Assembly: GCA_963769935.1 (NCBI GenBank)
Contig: CAVYNY010000034.1
Coordinates: 1-64,000 of the forward strand
DNA length: 64,000 bases
Reading direction: 5' to 3'
Source of the DNA: an uncultured delta proteobacterium
Lineage (GTDB): Bacteria; Desulfobacterota; Desulfobacteria; Desulfobacterales; JAFDCJ01
Shown here one piece after another: positions 60,700 to 64,000 of the stretch (the stretch's first letter is position 1; the number at the start of each line of letters is the position of its first letter). Under the pieces are notes generated by a model. The model was not told the origin of the DNA. It made no database searches and saw only the letters and a program-made list of their open reading frames with translations. A program made the translations under genes and the position numbers.

Positions 60700-61254
60700 C
60701 TATTTTTCAACTCTTAGAAATGATTTTACACTACGTACGCCTTGCACATTTTCAGCATGCGAGACTGCTTTTTTTATTACCGCTTCCGAGCCAACCAGCC
60801 CTAAAAGTACTATGTTGCATTGTAGGGCTTTGACCTCGATCCGGGTTGAAGAAATATCCATATCCCCAATAAGGTCTGCATTCACTTTGCCTAACAATTC
60901 GAGGTTGGTTACCGTCCCGCATGTATCGTTATCTTTTTTTGGCAGGAAATAATCCGTTACGGATTTTACACCTTTAACCTCCTTGGCTAATTTCACGGCT
61001 TGGTTCTTTTGCACTGCAGTATCATATTCTCCGACCAGAAATACATGGCCATTATAGCAGTAGGTCGAAACGTCAAAGTATTTAACCTTTTCATCACCTA
61101 AAAATTTTTGCCTGATATCCATCGTAATCTTTTCATCATCATATTGTTCACCAACGCTGCGCTCATCGACCGCAGATTTATAGATGGTCGTGCAGCCCGT
61201 CATAAGGAATCCTAAAATTAGGATAAGGCAAAAACTCCAGTAGTATCTGCGCAT
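60700..61254 (-). CDS. Dual BON domain lipoprotein
   Basis: Lipobox MTGC; DERSVGEQYDD; two BON repeats. Confidence 0.88.
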   Translation of the reverse strand: MRRYYWSFCLILILGFLMTGCTTIYKSAVDERSVGEQYDDEKITMDIRQKFLGDEKVKYFDVSTYCYNGHVFLVGEYDTAVQKNQAVKLAKEVKGVKSVTDYFLPKKDNDTCGTVTNLELLGKVNADLIGDMDISSTRIEVKALQCNIVLLGLVGSEAVIKKAVSHAENVQGVRSVKSFLRVEK

Positions 61255-61843
61255 GCCAATTTGCTCCTTTCACATAACTTTATATTTACACGTTAAATTA
61301 AAAGATACACTGAAAGTTCCCTTTTCGGACACCCCTCATTATATGATTATATTTCCTGGTTTCAGTCCTGGATTTAAAAATCCGAAGCCGAGATGGATTT
61401 TGTCGATATCCATAAGCCTTTAATTACATTAAATATAATAAGGATCTAGCCGATACCAAAAAAAAATCCGAGAGTCAAGGGTAGTTTGGTTGAATGTTCG
61501 GAATAATGTTCGATTAGATAGTGACGCTTATCTGTCGTTTGTCCCCTGCAATACGGTTCAATCCCTCTTTTCTTTCATCCCTTGCGGTCGTGATCCGATA
61601 CTGTCAGACTATTTGAAGGTTATGCCAATGAATTCTTTCCTTTACTACTTGCGATTTTTGATATATGAAACCGCCGTCAAAGACTTCGTTGAATGGTTGA
61701 TTAAGCGTGGTGAATTGAACGATCAGGTAATTAAAAACTCGAACGATCAATTTTAATCCAACACAACAAGTCAACCGATAAAATATGTCTGGAAATACAC
61801 CAATCGAGAAGAAATTGGGAGCTCGCACTAAAAGGATTAAAAA

Positions 61844-62865
61844 ATGACAACATGCAGTCTATCGTTTCCGCCCCAGGTCAATCTGGCAAAATTGCCGACG
61901 CCGCTGCATCCGCTGCAACGCTTGAGTGAAAAGTACGGCGTCGAATTGTACGTTAAGCGCGACGATCTGACCGGAGTCGCCCTGTCGGGCAACAAAATTC
62001 GCAAACTGGAATTTGTCCTGGCCGATGCGCTTGCCCAAAAAGCCGATACGGTTATTACCTGCGGCGGCGCCCAATCAAACCATTGTCGCGCCACAGCCAT
62101 AGCGGCCGCCATGCTGGGCCTGAACTGCCGGCTGCTGCTGCGCACGCCGGATCCCTCAAACCCGCCGCCGCCGGAAGGCAACATTCTGCTGGATCGCATG
62201 GCGGGGGCGGAAATTGTATGGATTACCCCGGATGAATACAAACAGCGGGCTGAATTTATGGGCCGTGAAGCAGCCTCTCTTCGGGCATCCGGAAGAATCG
62301 TTTACACAATACCGGAGGGTGCCTCAAATGCGCTCGGCGCGCTGGGCTATATCCGGGCTATGGAAGAGCTGGTCAATGATATCTCCAACACACCGGGCGG
62401 CGGCATCAAACCTGCACCATTATCAATGCTGCCGGCTCCGGCGGAACCAGCGCCGGATTGATCCTGGGGTCTAAGATTTTCGATGTGAACGCCCGGCTTG
62501 CCGCCGTCAATGTGTGTGACGATAAAGATTATTTTGTGCGTGCCATCGGCAATATCTGCGAACAGGCAATCGCGGACTATCATCTTGATATTGATTTTGA
62601 CCGGCAGCGGGACGTTCACGTCATCGACGGTTATGTCGGCCGCGGTTATGCCCTGTCACGACCCGAAGAGCTGGCGCTGTTGTGCGAAGTAGCGCAAACA
62701 GAGGGAATTTTTCTCGATCCGGTTTATACCGGCAAAGCATTTTTCGGAATGGTTGAAGAGTTAAAGCGTGATCCCGGGTGTTTCGGCGAGCGCATTATCT
62801 TTATCCATACCGGCGGTCTGTTCGGGTTGTTTCCCAAAGCAAAAGAAATCAGCCCCTTGCTTTAA
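61844..62865 (+). CDS. dcyD: D-cysteine desulfhydrase/ACC deaminase family PLP enzyme, frameshifted near 62405
   Basis: VKRDD..G...SGNKIRKLEF and QSNHCR; after a -1 shift GSGGTSAGL, LDPVYTGKA and HTGG. Confidence 0.85.
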
Positions 62866-64000
62866 ATCCGATAGCCGATCTGTTGGCCAAGATCCTTGGC
62901 TCTGGCGGCATAGGTGCGCTCCCCGGCGTGATCGCCCTTGCGCTCCAGCAGTTCGGCATAGCGCTGGAGGCTGACAACCAATTCGGGCAGATTTTTATTG
63001 GCTTCGGCCAACTGGATGCTGCTTGTCATGTGACGATCGACTTCCGCCCAGTCCGGCGGCGATTTGGCCGCGGCGATAAAGGACCGGGCGCGATGCTGCA
63101 TAATTTCGCCCCACTTCTGACCCAATCGACTCGTAACCTGAAGCCCTTTCATCCATGATTTGCGCCTGCTCCCAGTCGCCGCTGATTGCAAGGTATTCGG
63201 CCAGCTTCCCGCACAAAAATCGCATGGCCAGCACCGAGTTCGTGGCGCTCAGAATGCGGATGGCTTCCTGCACGGCGCCAAGTCCAACCGCCGGTTTTCC
63301 CGAATTAAAGAGTGCCGCGCCCTTAAAGACGGTGGCCCAGGCCATCGGCAGCGGATTGCCGATTCTTTTGGAAATATCCAGGCAGTTGTCGCAGGCAGTT
63401 ATGGCCTCATCCCAATTGCCATACCAGAAGCGAACCGCTCCCAAATATCCGGAGACCATGGCTTCAAAGGTTAAGATGTCATATTCCTTGGCAATTTCGA
63501 TGGCATTTTGAATGGATGCGATACTCTGACTGAATTTTCCGGTTAAACCGAGCAATACGCCTTTGATACCGCCCGAATAAACAACATCATCCCACTTTCC
63601 AAATGGTCTGATCAATTCAAGGCCGCGGCTCAGAAAATTGAGCCCCCGCTCGTATTCACTCGTGTACAAACAGGATCGGCCCATCAGATTGTAGGAAAGC
63701 GCCAAAAGCTTCTGATTGTTCAGATTGCGGGCGCGTTCTATGCACTGGTCCACCTGGGGCAGAGCTGCTGAAAAATCTCCCTGCATGTAGGCGAATCTTC
63801 CCACCCAGTAGTAGACTTCAGCCAGGAGCTGTTCATCACCCAATCCCCGGGCATAGGCGAGTGAGCGCTTGAGCGCTTCCCAGACCTTGTTGGACGGTGA
63901 GTACTGGGAGACTTCGGCCCATTTCAAGGCCAGGTCGATATAGGTTTGACGCTGCGCTGAGGTTATCTCGTTGGAAGAAAACAAAGCCAAGGCTTCGCGA
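62862..64000 (-). CDS. C-terminal part of a large TPR-repeat protein (continues beyond the window; frameshift near 63147)
   Basis: TPR-like helical repeats in 62995-63990; TPR-like sequence continues in the frame of 62862-63191. Confidence 0.75.

Noticed and set aside
61490..61756. Small ORF in the AT-rich gap before dcyD
   Set aside because: No RBS, motif or homology that I can recognise, so it cannot be supported.
1..64000. CRISPR array, rRNA or tRNA genes
   Set aside because: No regularly spaced identical repeats with unique spacers and no recognisable rRNA or tRNA sequence; the short repeats are tandem or palindromic.

Overview
This looks like a chromosomal fragment of an anaerobic deltaproteobacterium (Desulfobacterales-like, judged from gene content and intergenic repeats; inference). 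It has four parts. (1) 0.5-15 kb: a Dpp/Opp-type ABC transporter with an M20 peptidase, a hybrid sensor kinase, an amidase, an aldo/keto reductase, a PAP2 protein and a beta-barrel-like protein. (2) About 15.3-33.7 kb: an accessory island. It holds a MazEF module, split remnants of a REP-associated tyrosine (RAYT) transposase, two copies of a small tyrosine recombinase on the + strand (one needs a +1 shift at an A9 run, one is internally deleted) and about 11 unrelated cargo genes, all on the - strand. The cargo is separated by a repeated, ordered set of GTATC/GATAC-box sites, called A, B and C here, and by a 263-bp identical non-coding module. This resembles a gene-cassette array that is neither an integron nor a pdif array, and it is the main candidate for an undescribed system. 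(3) 35-57 kb: an anaerobic aromatic/alicyclic acyl-CoA degradation cluster (oah/bamA, SDR, thiolase plus OB-fold partner, Dch-like hydratase, HAD/ECH fusion, iorAB, panE, activase, a BcrB/HgdA-like subunit and three acyl-CoA ligases), with divergent AcuA-like and MeaB genes. (4) 57-64 kb: a MITE-interrupted ferredoxin-domain remnant, an amidase, a C45 peptidase, a BON lipoprotein, a D-cysteine desulfhydrase and the end of a TPR protein. Several single-base frameshifts suggest assembly indel errors. No rRNA, tRNA or CRISPR array was seen. All alignments were done by eye and no database searches were run.
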